A stretch of 64,000 bases of DNA from Candidatus Woesearchaeota archaeon (GCA_964366325.1 CAYITD010000004.1:10712-74711), one strand, 5' to 3'. Shown: positions 19,791 through 29,754, counted from the stretch's first letter. A program made the numbers and translations. The notes: generated by a model from the letters alone, not told the origin.

Positions 19791-21257
19791 TTGTTGAATT
19801 ACTTGATGGAAAAGAAGTTAAAAGAAGAAAAAGGCATAACTGCAGAGAAAGATGAATTTTCTGAATGGTTCTCTCAGATAATGTTGAAAGCTGATTTGGC
19901 AGATTATACCTCTGTCTCTGGAGCGATTGTCTTTAGACCTGGCTCTTATGTTTTGTGGGAAAAAATTAAGGAAGAAACAGATAAACGATTTAAAAAATTG
20001 GGAATTAAGAATTGTTATTTTCCTCTTTTCATACCTGAGAAAACTTTGAACAAAGAAAAAGAGCATATAGCTGGTTTTTCTCCTGAAGTTGCATGGGTAA
20101 CACATGCTGGAAATACAAAACTAAATGAAAGACTTGCAATTAGACCTACTTCTGAAACTATCATGTATGAATCATATTCTAAGTGGATAAGAAGTTGGAG
20201 AGATTTGCCTTTGAAATTAAATCAATGGAATAATGTTGTTAGATGGGAGTTTAAACATGCTGTTCCTTTTTTGAGAACTCGTGAATTTTTATGGAATGAA
20301 GGGCATACTGTTTACGCATCTAAAGAAGAGGCTGAGGCAGAAAAAGATCAGATTATTGGAATTTATAAGGAGATCTGTGAGGAGTTTTTGGCTTTGCCTT
20401 CTTTGATTGGAAGAAAATCTGATAAAGAGAAATTTGCTGGAGCTGAATATACTATTTCTATGGAATTTTATATGCCTAATGGAAAATGCATTCAAGGACC
20501 AGACTTCCATCATGATGGGCAGAAATTTGCAAAGGCTTACGATATAAAATTTCTGAATAAGGATGGGAAAGAAGAATATGCTTATCAAAATACTTTTGCT
20601 ATTACTACTAGAATGCTTGGAGTAATGTTTGCAATACATTCAGATTCAAAAGGATTAATATTGCCTCCTAAAATTGCTCAAAATAAAGTTGTCATTGTTC
20701 CTATAATATTTGAAGACTCAAAAACCTCAGTTTTGAAAAAGGCGAAAGAACTGGCTGGAATTTTAAAGGAATTTGATCCAATAGTTGATGAAAGAGAAAA
20801 TTATAATGCTGGATTTAAATTTAATGAATGGGAACTTAAAGGCATACCTTTGAGAATTGAGATAGGGCCTAAGGACATTAAGGAAGATAAAGTAATGCTG
20901 GTTAGAAGAGATAATGGAAAAAAGGAAAGTGTTAAACTGAAGGATTTGAAGCAAAAAGTGGAGGAAGAATTGGAAGACATACAAAAATGTCTTTTTAACA
21001 AAGCTGAAAAATTGCTTAAAGAAAATATTATAAAGGTTAAGAATTTGAAGGAAATTGGAGAAACTATTAAGAATAAGAAAATTGCTTTTGCACCTTTATG
21101 CGGAGACGAGAGTTGTGAAGGCGATTTGAAAACTGGAACTTTAGGGGTCAAAGTTTTGAATGTTCCTGAGAAACAGCCTTCTGAACTAGAGAAGTCGAAG
21201 TGTTCTATTTGTGCTAAGAAGGCAGACTACTTTGCGTATATAGGAAAAAGTTATTGA
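19791..21257 (+). CDS. proS: Proline--tRNA ligase (archaeal/eukaryotic type)
   Basis: IRPTSETIMY, FLRTREFLWNEGH, GPDFHHDGQKFA, C-terminal Zn domain. Confidence 0.97.
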   Translation: MLNYLMEKKLKEEKGITAEKDEFSEWFSQIMLKADLADYTSVSGAIVFRPGSYVLWEKIKEETDKRFKKLGIKNCYFPLFIPEKTLNKEKEHIAGFSPEVAWVTHAGNTKLNERLAIRPTSETIMYESYSKWIRSWRDLPLKLNQWNNVVRWEFKHAVPFLRTREFLWNEGHTVYASKEEAEAEKDQIIGIYKEICEEFLALPSLIGRKSDKEKFAGAEYTISMEFYMPNGKCIQGPDFHHDGQKFAKAYDIKFLNKDGKEEYAYQNTFAITTRMLGVMFAIHSDSKGLILPPKIAQNKVVIVPIIFEDSKTSVLKKAKELAGILKEFDPIVDERENYNAGFKFNEWELKGIPLRIEIGPKDIKEDKVMLVRRDNGKKESVKLKDLKQKVEEELEDIQKCLFNKAEKLLKENIIKVKNLKEIGETIKNKKIAFAPLCGDESCEGDLKTGTLGVKVLNVPEKQPSELEKSKCSICAKKADYFAYIGKSY

Positions 21258-21311
21258 TTTTTAGTTGTAATTCTATAGTAGTTACAAATAGAAAGATTTA
21301 AATAGAGAAAG

Positions 21312-22544
21312 TTGAATAAACTTTCAATGGTAAATCCGAAAAAGATTGAAAAAATTAAGACTGCACATGTAAGTAGACTTGGAACTTTATATTCAACCCA
21401 GGAACCTCTTTATGGTTTTATTGATAAAACAGATAGAAGGTCTTTGATATATGCGCAAGATTTAGCAATGCTTAGATGTGAGATGGGGAAAAATGATCAA
21501 TTTTCTAGGAATGGCAATTATGTAAGGGAAGGTTACATTGAAATTCCAGGGCAGGGAAAAGTTATATTGAGAAATTCTATTGTTGGAAAAAAAGAAGATG
21601 TTGAGCAAGAAAATACCTTGGCTACTTGGCCAGTAAGTCCAATCCAGACTTATGAAAGAAGTTATAATGGTGTAGTTATAGATGAGAAATTAGCTTTGGA
21701 ATATTTAGACAGAGCTAAGGATAAAAGAGAAATAGAAACTTTTCATTTAGTAGATTTGAAACCTGCTCCTGTTGATTCTTTTGTAGATGATGAAAGAACA
21801 CGTTTTCTTTTTGGAGATGCTGCTGGAGAGTATGGCAGATTCTTAAAGGAGGCAGGCATTGAAACTTTTGTTTTTAATTTTGGAGATCAATTTTTAGCAA
21901 CAAGATATGTTGCTAGTCCTATTTGGCTTTCTGGTTTAGATCAAAAATCAACTTTAGATGGAACTCATCGCCCGGATACAAGCCATAATCTATTTTTTAT
22001 GCTACAATCTAAGTCTAGACAGAGGTTTGAAGAATTGGGTTATAGAAGCACATATAGGCCTGAAGGCTTGGATAGTTTGGAAGTTTCAGCATCCTCTGAA
22101 AACTTAGCATATAAATTGAAGGATTTGATTAGAGAAGAGAGAGAGAAAGCAAGAGAGCGAGTGGTTAAACAAATATTTAGATTATACTCTTCTTTACCAG
22201 AATCTGATAGAGCTACAAAGGATTATTTTGAGTTTTCTTTAGATTCGAGTTTATGTTCTGCTTTGCCTAATGGGGATGACATAGGCTTCAAAATTGGACA
22301 GCTTGAGGGTTTGATATCTTTGATTGGCAAACCTGGCAGAAAAGAAATGAGAGAGGGAAGAGGAAATAAAAGCACCTTTGTTTTATGTGTTGATCAGAAA
22401 ACAGAAGTTAAAGAATTTAGAAGAAGGTTAGGGCTTAATTATGCAGAGTGTATAAACAAGGAGAGACCTTTAGAATTCGAAGAAGAGTTTAATCCTGAAG
22501 AAGAATTTTCTTCTCGGGAAATTTTTAGTTCTTCTACGTGTTGA
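21312..22544 (+). CDS. Hypothetical protein
   Basis: 410-aa ORF, no recognised motif. Confidence 0.7.
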   Translation: MNKLSMVNPKKIEKIKTAHVSRLGTLYSTQEPLYGFIDKTDRRSLIYAQDLAMLRCEMGKNDQFSRNGNYVREGYIEIPGQGKVILRNSIVGKKEDVEQENTLATWPVSPIQTYERSYNGVVIDEKLALEYLDRAKDKREIETFHLVDLKPAPVDSFVDDERTRFLFGDAAGEYGRFLKEAGIETFVFNFGDQFLATRYVASPIWLSGLDQKSTLDGTHRPDTSHNLFFMLQSKSRQRFEELGYRSTYRPEGLDSLEVSASSENLAYKLKDLIREEREKARERVVKQIFRLYSSLPESDRATKDYFEFSLDSSLCSALPNGDDIGFKIGQLEGLISLIGKPGRKEMREGRGNKSTFVLCVDQKTEVKEFRRRLGLNYAECINKERPLEFEEEFNPEEEFSSREIFSSSTC

Positions 22545-22548
22545 ATTA

Positions 22549-23868
22549 TTGGCAAGCAACAACTTTTTATATATCCTTTATTTGTTGCCTTTTATGGTTG
22601 AATTAAACTTTGATGCAGGTGATAGAGTAAGATTTAGATTGGCTTTGGATGAAATAGAAGGAAATGTACTTGAGAGTTCTGATCCTTCAGTGGTTTTGAT
22701 AAAATTTGATTCTGGATATAATATTGGATTGTCTAAAGAAAATATTTTGGGATTTAAGGTAATTAAGAAATATAAAAATGAAGAAAAGGAGAAAATTGAT
22801 TTACCGATAAAAAAGGAATTGAAGAATATTGGGATGATAATAACTGGAGGGACAATTGCCTCAAAATATGATGCTAAAACTGGAGGAGCTAAATCTATGG
22901 CAGGAATATCGGAATTTTATCATTATTATCCTGAGATGTTTAATATAGCAAACATAAGCAAAATAGAAATTCCTTTTTTGATTGCTTCTGAAAGCATGAA
23001 CAGTGAACATTGGATAAAGATAGCTGAGAAGGCTAAGGAGATGCTTGATGATAAAAACATTGAAGGGGTTGTAATAACTCATGGGACGGACACTTTACAT
23101 TATACTGCTTATGCACTTTCTTTTTTTCTTAGGGAACTGAGTAAACCTGTTGTGCTTACTTTTAGCCAAAGAAGCATTGATAGGGCCAGCAGTGATGCTA
23201 ATTTGAATTTACAGTGTGCTGTTAGAATGGCTTTGTCTGATTCTTCAGGAGTCTTTATTGTTGGGCATTCTTCAATGAGTGATGATTTTTGCTTTGCTAT
23301 AAGAGGTACAAAAGCGAGAAAATTGCATACCTCTAGAAGAGATGCTTTTAAACCTGTAAACGATATACCAGTTGCTAAAGTTTGGCCTGACAGAGTTGAG
23401 TTTGTCGGAAAGTATAAATCAAGAAATGAAGAAAAAGTTAAATTGGACTTGGAATTTAGTGATAAAGTAGCTTTAGTGAAAGTTTATCCTGGACAGGATC
23501 CGAGTATACTTGATTTCTATGCTTTAAAATACAAAGGAATTATAATTGAAGGTACAGGGTTTGGTCATTTACCAACAAGTGAACAGAATAATTGGCTGCC
23601 TAGACTAAAGAAGCACATAAAGAACGGTTTGGTTGTTTGCATGACTTCTCAATGTATATTTGGAAGAGTTAATCCTTATGTTTATTCTCCTGCTAGGGAA
23701 CTACTGGATGCTGGAGTTGTTTATTTGGAAGATATGCTTTCTGAAACTGCATTTGTTAAACTTTCTTGGGTTCTGGGACATTATGGTTGGAAGGCTCATG
23801 TAAAGGAGAAGATGCTTGAGAACTTGGCTGGAGAGATGAATGAAACGGATGCTGTTCAGGAGATATAG
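22549..23868 (+). CDS. gatD: Glu-tRNA(Gln) amidotransferase subunit D
   Basis: GatD N-domain (KFDSGYNIG), asparaginase motifs TGGTIAS and HGTDT, KLHTSRRDAF. Confidence 0.93.
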   Translation: MASNNFLYILYLLPFMVELNFDAGDRVRFRLALDEIEGNVLESSDPSVVLIKFDSGYNIGLSKENILGFKVIKKYKNEEKEKIDLPIKKELKNIGMIITGGTIASKYDAKTGGAKSMAGISEFYHYYPEMFNIANISKIEIPFLIASESMNSEHWIKIAEKAKEMLDDKNIEGVVITHGTDTLHYTAYALSFFLRELSKPVVLTFSQRSIDRASSDANLNLQCAVRMALSDSSGVFIVGHSSMSDDFCFAIRGTKARKLHTSRRDAFKPVNDIPVAKVWPDRVEFVGKYKSRNEEKVKLDLEFSDKVALVKVYPGQDPSILDFYALKYKGIIIEGTGFGHLPTSEQNNWLPRLKKHIKNGLVVCMTSQCIFGRVNPYVYSPARELLDAGVVYLEDMLSETAFVKLSWVLGHYGWKAHVKEKMLENLAGEMNETDAVQEI

Positions 23869-23929
23869 TAGTAACTTATTAGGGGTTACATGTAGAAAGG
23901 TTTAAATATAATATTTAGATAGTGAAATT

Positions 23930-24730
23930 ATGAATGGTAAATATACATTAAAGGACCCAATTTTCAGGTCGGGGCTTGTTGCAGGATCAGAGGCAGGAAT
24001 AGTCATGCCTTTGGAAACTAAAATGGTTGTTGTTGGAGGAGGAGCTACTCAGCTTTATCTGGGTCAAGAATCTGATTTGCTCAGATCTACTACAGATGTT
24101 GATTTTTTTAGTAGGCATCCTACTGGAAAGACTGAGAGAAGAGCTTGGGCAAAATATGCTGCTGATATAATGAAAAGACAAGGATATGAGACAGCTCGCG
24201 GAGGTTTAAGCAGATATGGAGCGGAAGTTAGATTTGATGATGTTTTGCCTGCCTTTTTGGTCCATTTAGACACTTGGGGAAATAATTTTTTTCAACAGCA
24301 TGAGAGATGGATACATGGAGAATTTGAAAGAGCTAGGATTTCTAAGATAGATGGAGGAACTGTGCATTATATTTCTCCTCTAGATGTAATGGTTGGTAAA
24401 ATTCATAGAGTTGAGCAAATTAGAAAACATAGAGAAAGGGCCTTCAATACATATCAAACTAATTTTTTTGATAAACTCAAAGATGCGCAGTTTGATGATG
24501 TAGATACGACAAGACTTGATCAGAATTTATTAGAAATTGAAAGAGAAAGAGCTCAAACTTTGGAGGATTTGGGCAGATTTGGGTATAGAGAAATTATTGA
24601 TAAAGTTGATTGTTATAAAATCGATAAAGATATTCAAGATATAACTACTTTAATAGAGGCTATGCGTGCTAAAGGGGAAAGAATTGATAAGCATGATTTT
24701 AGATCTATTTGTAAGGAAGCTCTGGAGTGA
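23930..24730 (+). CDS. Orphan nucleotidyltransferase-fold protein
   Basis: VVVGGGATQLY...RSTTDVDF (GG + DxD) motif. Confidence 0.6.
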   Translation: MNGKYTLKDPIFRSGLVAGSEAGIVMPLETKMVVVGGGATQLYLGQESDLLRSTTDVDFFSRHPTGKTERRAWAKYAADIMKRQGYETARGGLSRYGAEVRFDDVLPAFLVHLDTWGNNFFQQHERWIHGEFERARISKIDGGTVHYISPLDVMVGKIHRVEQIRKHRERAFNTYQTNFFDKLKDAQFDDVDTTRLDQNLLEIERERAQTLEDLGRFGYREIIDKVDCYKIDKDIQDITTLIEAMRAKGERIDKHDFRSICKEALE

Positions 24731-24735
24731 AAAGT

Positions 24736-25116
24736 TTAAAATTCATTGACTAAATTATTAACCATTCCTCTTTTTCTTAATTGGTTTGCTTCTGAGGGAT
24801 TGTACTGGAAGACTACGTCGCCTTTGTCATCATCATCTGGCCAAGGTTCAATTATTACGAAGTTGCCTTGGCGAAGCCAGAACTTTCTTGAGAAACGACC
24901 TGGAACACGACAGTTTCTTACTTTGTTGTCGGTAGTTTTTATTGACATTCTATTTCCGCCTAATCTTTGGAGGACGATTCCTATAAACTGCCCTTGTCTT
25001 GGAAATCTTACCCTGCTTGGTTGTATTTCAGGATTTGGTTTTTGGCCTTCTTTTTGTTTTTTTGCAGGTGGTTTAGATTCATCTTCTACTTCTTCAAAGT
25101 CCCCATATTCTGTCAT
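24736..25116 (-). CDS. eif1A: Translation initiation factor 1A
   Basis: QRLGGNRM...RNCRVPGR...WLRQG..VIIEPW...KGDVVFQY. Confidence 0.93.
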   Translation of the reverse strand: MTEYGDFEEVEDESKPPAKKQKEGQKPNPEIQPSRVRFPRQGQFIGIVLQRLGGNRMSIKTTDNKVRNCRVPGRFSRKFWLRQGNFVIIEPWPDDDDKGDVVFQYNPSEANQLRKRGMVNNLVNEF

Positions 25117-25228
25117 AATTTTAATCTAATTTCACGGTATTTAAAATGTTTCTATACTTGAATTAAAAGTTGGAATTTATTTTAGATAATTTGAGAATAT
25201 TTATATAGTCATCTCTAAACAAATTTTA

Positions 25229-25690
25229 ATGAGAAATAAATTAACTTATGATTTGAAAGGGATAAATCCTCCTGTGCATGAAACTATCAAAAGAGCGCTT
25301 GAGCAGGGATTTAATGCAGACATAGTTGCCGTAGATGATAATTCTTTTCCTGAGATATTAGTTAGGAAATCTAGAGAACGCGCGCCATTCGTTATGACCT
25401 GTGAAAACGCTAGAAATTTGATCTTTTCTCCAGTTGGAATTCACTCAGGCTATGTTCTTACGGCTTTGCCTTCTGAAGATTCAGAGTTAATTGTAGTGGA
25501 GGGTAACAAGCGGGTAACTTATCGATCAGAAGGTACTCTCTTTGAAAATGGAAGACTTTTTGAGGATCCAAGACCTCTTTCAGGGAGGGATATTTTAAAG
25601 TATGTCTATCTTTCAGCAAGAAGAAACGAACCAGTTAGCTGCAATCTGCCAAAAAGAAAGGGCTTAGTTTATGCGATACACTTTAGATAA
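25229..25690 (+). CDS. Hypothetical protein
   Basis: 153-aa ORF with TATA-like TTTATATA ~25 nt upstream. Confidence 0.6.
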   Translation: MRNKLTYDLKGINPPVHETIKRALEQGFNADIVAVDDNSFPEILVRKSRERAPFVMTCENARNLIFSPVGIHSGYVLTALPSEDSELIVVEGNKRVTYRSEGTLFENGRLFEDPRPLSGRDILKYVYLSARRNEPVSCNLPKRKGLVYAIHFR

Positions 25691-25737
25691 TTGAGTTTTA
25701 TGAATAGACTTAAATATCGGCTTTTGCTTTTTCTGAA

Positions 25738-26250
25738 ATGTTAAATGCTAAACTTGTTGATGGTAGAGTGTATAGTTTAGCTGTTGATGCTTTTACACTT
25801 TATGAAAAATCAAGATTTGGAGAGAAGAAAGATAATAGGATAGAATACTCTATTTTTGAAGCTCTTTTTTTAGTCCAAAAAGGAAAAATGAAACTTTTTC
25901 TTGGAAACAAGGAGATTAGTTTTGATAAATTAATTGTTAGGCTCAAAAAAATAGATAAGAAAGTTGAATTAAAATACATAGTTTTTTCTGATTTAAGAAA
26001 TAAAGGGTATGTTTTGAAAACCGCTTTGAAATTTGGGGCTGAATTTAGAGTTTATGAAAAAGGTAAAAGACCTGGAGAAGAGCATGCAAGATGGATTTTG
26101 CATACTGCTAGTGAAAATGATTTATTAAAATGGCATGATTTTACCGCTAAAAGTAGAATAGCTCATTCTACTAAGAAAAATTTGCTTTTAGGGATAGTTG
26201 ACGATGAAAGAGATGTTACTTATTACGAAGTTAATTGGATGAGAACGTGA
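25738..26250 (+). CDS. endA: tRNA-splicing endonuclease
   Basis: DLRNKGY.LKTALKFGAEFRVY, GEEHA, RIAHSTKK (Tyr/His/Lys triad). Confidence 0.95.
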   Translation: MLNAKLVDGRVYSLAVDAFTLYEKSRFGEKKDNRIEYSIFEALFLVQKGKMKLFLGNKEISFDKLIVRLKKIDKKVELKYIVFSDLRNKGYVLKTALKFGAEFRVYEKGKRPGEEHARWILHTASENDLLKWHDFTAKSRIAHSTKKNLLLGIVDDERDVTYYEVNWMRT

Positions 26251-26303
26251 ATATTGTTGTTTAAGGACAACAAATAATATAAGTCTATTAATTAAGTATT
26301 TTT

Positions 26304-26603
26304 ATGAATTTGGATGAGTATGTTGAAGCAAGGGAGAAGGTTCTTGGAGAAGACTGGAAACTTTCTCCTCCTGTTTTGGATATTTTCTTGTCGATATGTG
26401 CAAGAAGAGAAGTAAGAACGGCCAATTTAAAAAAGAGTTATAATGCCTATTCTGAGAGATCTATTCAATGTTATTTGGAAACTTTAAGAGACAGAGGTTT
26501 TATTTTTAATGGAGAACCTGCAAGGCAGGGAGTTAATATGCCTACTCCACAAGGAAGGGAATTGTATGAGGCTTATGAGAGAAACTTGTCTGAAAATGTG
26601 TAA
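26304..26603 (+). CDS. Small winged-helix hypothetical protein
   Basis: SERSIQCYLETLRDRGFI...PTPQGRELY wHTH-like pattern. Confidence 0.55.
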   Translation: MNLDEYVEAREKVLGEDWKLSPPVLDIFLSICARREVRTANLKKSYNAYSERSIQCYLETLRDRGFIFNGEPARQGVNMPTPQGRELYEAYERNLSENV

Positions 26604-26635
26604 ATATTTATAACATTGATTTTTCTTTATATGGG

Positions 26636-27613
26636 ATGTTAGAGAACCCTACTTTGGCTTTAAAAGAAAGAATTTTATCTTCTTTAAGGTTGAGAGGTCC
26701 AAGTTTGCCTGTTCAGATTTCTAATGAGCTTAAAGTTGAAACTCTTTTTGTTTCTGCCTTTCTTTCTGAATTGAAGGCTGAGAACAGAATAAAGATAAGC
26801 AATATGAAAGTTGGAAGCTCACCTTTGTATTATTTGCCTGAGCACGAATTGCAACTTGAGAATTTTATTCAACATCTGAATCATAGGGAAAAAGAAGCTT
26901 TTCAAATGTTGAAAAGAAATAAAGTTTTGGAAGATAAAAAACAAGAGCCTGTTGTAAGAGTGGCTTTGAGAGAAATAAAAGATTTTGCTTCTCCTATTTC
27001 TGTTAAAATAGAAGGAGAAATAGTTACGTTGTGGAGATATTTTTCTTTGACCGATACAGAATTTAATGAAATTGCAAATAAAGTTGTTTTTGGCGAAAAA
27101 GAAAATAGAAAAGAAGAAGTTAAGGAAAAACCAAAGGAAGATTTTGAAATTAAAGTAGAAGGAGTTAGAGAAGAGGCGAACAAGGAAAGAGAGATTGTGA
27201 AAAAAAGTGCTTTTGAAGTTAAAGATATGGAAGAGAGAATTGATAAAAGAGTGGAGGCCAAGAAGATGCTTAAAGTATTGTTAGCTAAAACTGAGGTTGA
27301 GAGTGAATTTCTAAATAAAATAAAAACTCATTTGAAATCCAAGGATATAGAGATTTTAGAGGTTTTTCTAAATAAGAAAAAAGAACTTGAGATGAAAATT
27401 AGGATTGATACACTTTTTGGGAAGCAAGAATTTTATTTTATAGCTAAGGATAAAAAAAGAATAAGTGATGATGATTTAACTATAACTTTACAGAAGGCAC
27501 AAAATGCGAAGATGCCTGCGATTTTAGGATCTACAGGAGAATTAAATAATAAGGCTAAAGAGTATTTGGGTGAATGGGGCAATGTTATAAAGTTTGAGAA
27601 AATTAAAATATAG
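26636..27613 (+). CDS. Hypothetical protein with N-terminal wHTH
   Basis: RGPSLPVQIS...SAFLSEL...VGSSPLYYL; charged linker. Confidence 0.7.
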   Translation: MLENPTLALKERILSSLRLRGPSLPVQISNELKVETLFVSAFLSELKAENRIKISNMKVGSSPLYYLPEHELQLENFIQHLNHREKEAFQMLKRNKVLEDKKQEPVVRVALREIKDFASPISVKIEGEIVTLWRYFSLTDTEFNEIANKVVFGEKENRKEEVKEKPKEDFEIKVEGVREEANKEREIVKKSAFEVKDMEERIDKRVEAKKMLKVLLAKTEVESEFLNKIKTHLKSKDIEILEVFLNKKKELEMKIRIDTLFGKQEFYFIAKDKKRISDDDLTITLQKAQNAKMPAILGSTGELNNKAKEYLGEWGNVIKFEKIKI

Positions 27614-27655
27614 TCTTAAGGAAAACTTTAAATATGGGTCTTTGGAGAAGAAGAT

Positions 27656-27883
27656 ATGGGTAGAGTAAAATCGGCTATGATAAAGAAGGCTGCGAGACAG
27701 CTGTATGAAAGTGAGAAGAGTTTTACGGAAGACTTTGATCATAATAAGAAGTTATTGGCTGGATTAATTTATTATAAGTCTATGAGAAACAGAGTTGCAG
27801 GATGTATAGTAACACTTGTAAAGAAGGCGAATGCTAAACCTAAATTGATTGTAAAGTTAGAAGAACCTGAAGATAGTGAGTAA
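27656..27883 (+). CDS. rps17e: 30S ribosomal protein S17e
   Basis: MGRVKSAMIKKAARQL...DFDHNKK...RNRVAG. Confidence 0.93.
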   Translation: MGRVKSAMIKKAARQLYESEKSFTEDFDHNKKLLAGLIYYKSMRNRVAGCIVTLVKKANAKPKLIVKLEEPEDSE

Positions 27884-27885
27884 TT

Positions 27886-28226
27886 TCACTTTAAAGATAA
27901 GACCTGCAAACCATGTTTGTTTATTTCATCTTCTGTCCAAAATTTGATGTCTTTGGTTTTTAGTACATAAGTCCCTTCTTTTTCAATAACTCTTCCTGTA
28001 CAGTTTTTTATTTTTGGATCAAATTCTTTCAATACCAATATATCGCCAATATTACATTTGAAATCTGCCAATCTTAAATAAAAATACCTCACAGCTTGCT
28101 GTGTTTGGGATTTTTAAGCCTCAAACTGAGACTGATCATATGAACTCAGTTCGAGCAGTCAAAGTTCTTTTTTCAATTCAATATTTTTTCAAAATGCTCT
28201 GGCCAGGTTTTCTTTTCTATTTTCAT
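27886..28226 (-). pseudogene. DUF3850/ASCH-like gene disrupted by an 80-nt insertion and a TGA at 28173-28175
   Basis: MKIEKKTWPEHFEKILN*KKNFD|insert|LRLADFKCNIGDILVLKE; removing 28078-28157 re-fuses the frame. Confidence 0.85.
28078..28157 (-). mobile_element. 80-nt double-hairpin insertion element (subfamily 1, copy B)
   Basis: Shares TGCTCGAACTGAGTT, ATCAGTCTCAGTTTGAGGCTTAAAAAT and ATTTTTAT with 52693-52787; follows TTGAC; no TSD. Confidence 0.8.
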
Positions 28227-28228
28227 AA

Positions 28229-28465
28229 TTATTTTTTATTGTTAAGAATCTTATCTATTTTTTCTTCGATTCTTTTAATATCTTCTTTTATTGAGTATAT
28301 TTCTTTTAGACGCTTTCTGTTTAGAAACCAATTCACAATATGTAAGATTGTCCATAGAATTATAACGACTCCAATTGCCTGAAGCCAAAGCCCTATTTTT
28401 CCTAGAAGTTTTATAGCATCCCCCGCAGTGTCTGAGAAACCTATAATGTTTGATAAATCGACCAT
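28229..28465 (-). CDS. Small membrane protein with coiled-coil tail
   Basis: One TM followed by IKEDIKRIEEKIDKIL. Confidence 0.65.
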   Translation of the reverse strand: MVDLSNIIGFSDTAGDAIKLLGKIGLWLQAIGVVIILWTILHIVNWFLNRKRLKEIYSIKEDIKRIEEKIDKILNNKK

Positions 28466-28517
28466 TCTCTTTTTAAGAACAACATACTTAAAAACCCTGT
28501 GATAATTTATCTTTTGT

Positions 28518-28589
28518 GGCTCTGTAGCTCAGTGGTAGAGCACTGCTCTCATGAGGCAGGGGTCGGGAGTTCAATCCTCCCCAGAGCCA
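28518..28589 (+). tRNA. tRNA with CAT anticodon, non-initiator (elongator Met or Ile2)
   Basis: Acceptor GGCTCTG/CAGAGCC, anticodon arm CTGCT-CTCATGA-GGCAG, T arm GGGAG-TTCAATC-CTCCC; G1-C72. Confidence 0.9.
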
Positions 28590-28955
28590 TTAGGAAATCA
28601 TTCTTAATCCGTCATTTTCCTTTCTTGGAATTATGTGTATGTGCGCATGCATCACAACTTGACCTGCTGGAGGAAGATTATTCATTATAATATTAAATCC
28701 GTCTCCTTTCTTTTTTTCTAATAAATCAGAGGAGACTTTTTTTACCATTTTTAATATTTCTGCTGAGAGTTTTTCTGGAATGTCTAAAATTGTTACATAG
28801 TGCCTTTTTGGAATTATGAGTGTATGGCCTTCTGATTTTGGATTTGCATCAAGAATAGCTATTAAGTTGTCAGATTCTTCTACCTTGGAAGTTTTGATTT
28901 CTCCTTTTATAATTTTACAGAAAACGCAGTTATCATTACGCACTTTTTTCTCCAA
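28590..28955 (-). CDS. HIT family nucleotide hydrolase
   Basis: CVFCKI, GHTLIIPKRH, AGQVVMHAHIHIIPR. Confidence 0.95.
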   Translation of the reverse strand: MEKKVRNDNCVFCKIIKGEIKTSKVEESDNLIAILDANPKSEGHTLIIPKRHYVTILDIPEKLSAEILKMVKKVSSDLLEKKKGDGFNIIMNNLPPAGQVVMHAHIHIIPRKENDGLRMIS

Positions 28956-29754
28956 ATATACTAGAGTAGAAAGTTTGTCTAAACAATTCTCTGTTTATTT
29001 CTTCTCTCCTAAAGTCAAATGGGATGAGCTTTCTAAATAGAGATTTTTTTTCTTTAGTTAATGTTAAAGCTGCTGAAAGATTGCTTATTTCTTTAGAAAA
29101 CTTGGAGTTTTTTTCGTAAATTGGCAGAGGTATTCTTGTGAAGATAGATCTAGTTGCTTTTTTTTCGTCGGGTATTTTAGCTATTACTGGGATATCTGCA
29201 AATTTTTCTATTTCTCTGATAGTTATCTCATATAACGGGTCTCTAATTTTATTTATTATTACTCCAGAAACTGGTTTCCCTCTTGTTTTTGCTAATTTGG
29301 CTGTTTTTAAGGAACAGGAGAGAGTAGGGTAATCTGGAGTTGTTACAATAAACAAGGAATCAGAGGCTAGTATTGTTGATAATATTTCTTCGTTATATGA
29401 TGGAGAAGAATCCAAGATTATAAAATCGTATTTTTCTTTTAAACTTTCTATTTTACTTTTTAATTTAAAGTAGTTTATAAGTTTAGAACTATTATAGTCT
29501 CCTGGAACTACGTCTACTCCGAATTTATGATGTATGGCAGATTCTAATCTGCATTTTTTTTCTAAAACTTCATGTATCGTTTTTTTTGGTTCTACTATAT
29601 CCATATGTAAACCAAGGTTGGGTGCTGAATAATTCGCGTCTATAAGTAATACTTTTTTATTATAATTGTTTGCAAGGTCTGTTGCTAAAGAAGCAGCTAT
29701 TGTTGTTTTCCCTACACCTCCCTTTATCGAAACTAATCCAAGTGTTATTCCCAT
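28936..29754 (-). CDS. MinD/ParA family ATPase
   Basis: KGGVGKTT, LIDAN, DFIILDSSP. Confidence 0.9.
   Translation of the reverse strand: MGITLGLVSIKGGVGKTTIAASLATDLANNYNKKVLLIDANYSAPNLGLHMDIVEPKKTIHEVLEKKCRLESAIHHKFGVDVVPGDYNSSKLINYFKLKSKIESLKEKYDFIILDSSPSYNEEILSTILASDSLFIVTTPDYPTLSCSLKTAKLAKTRGKPVSGVIINKIRDPLYEITIREIEKFADIPVIAKIPDEKKATRSIFTRIPLPIYEKNSKFSKEISNLSAALTLTKEKKSLFRKLIPFDFRREEINRELFRQTFYSSIFGEKSA

Noticed and set aside
28173-28175. TGA-to-Gly recoding (code 25) suggested by the in-frame TGA
   Set aside because: Many intact genes in the window end in TGA (e.g. alaS, endA), and the gene is independently disrupted.
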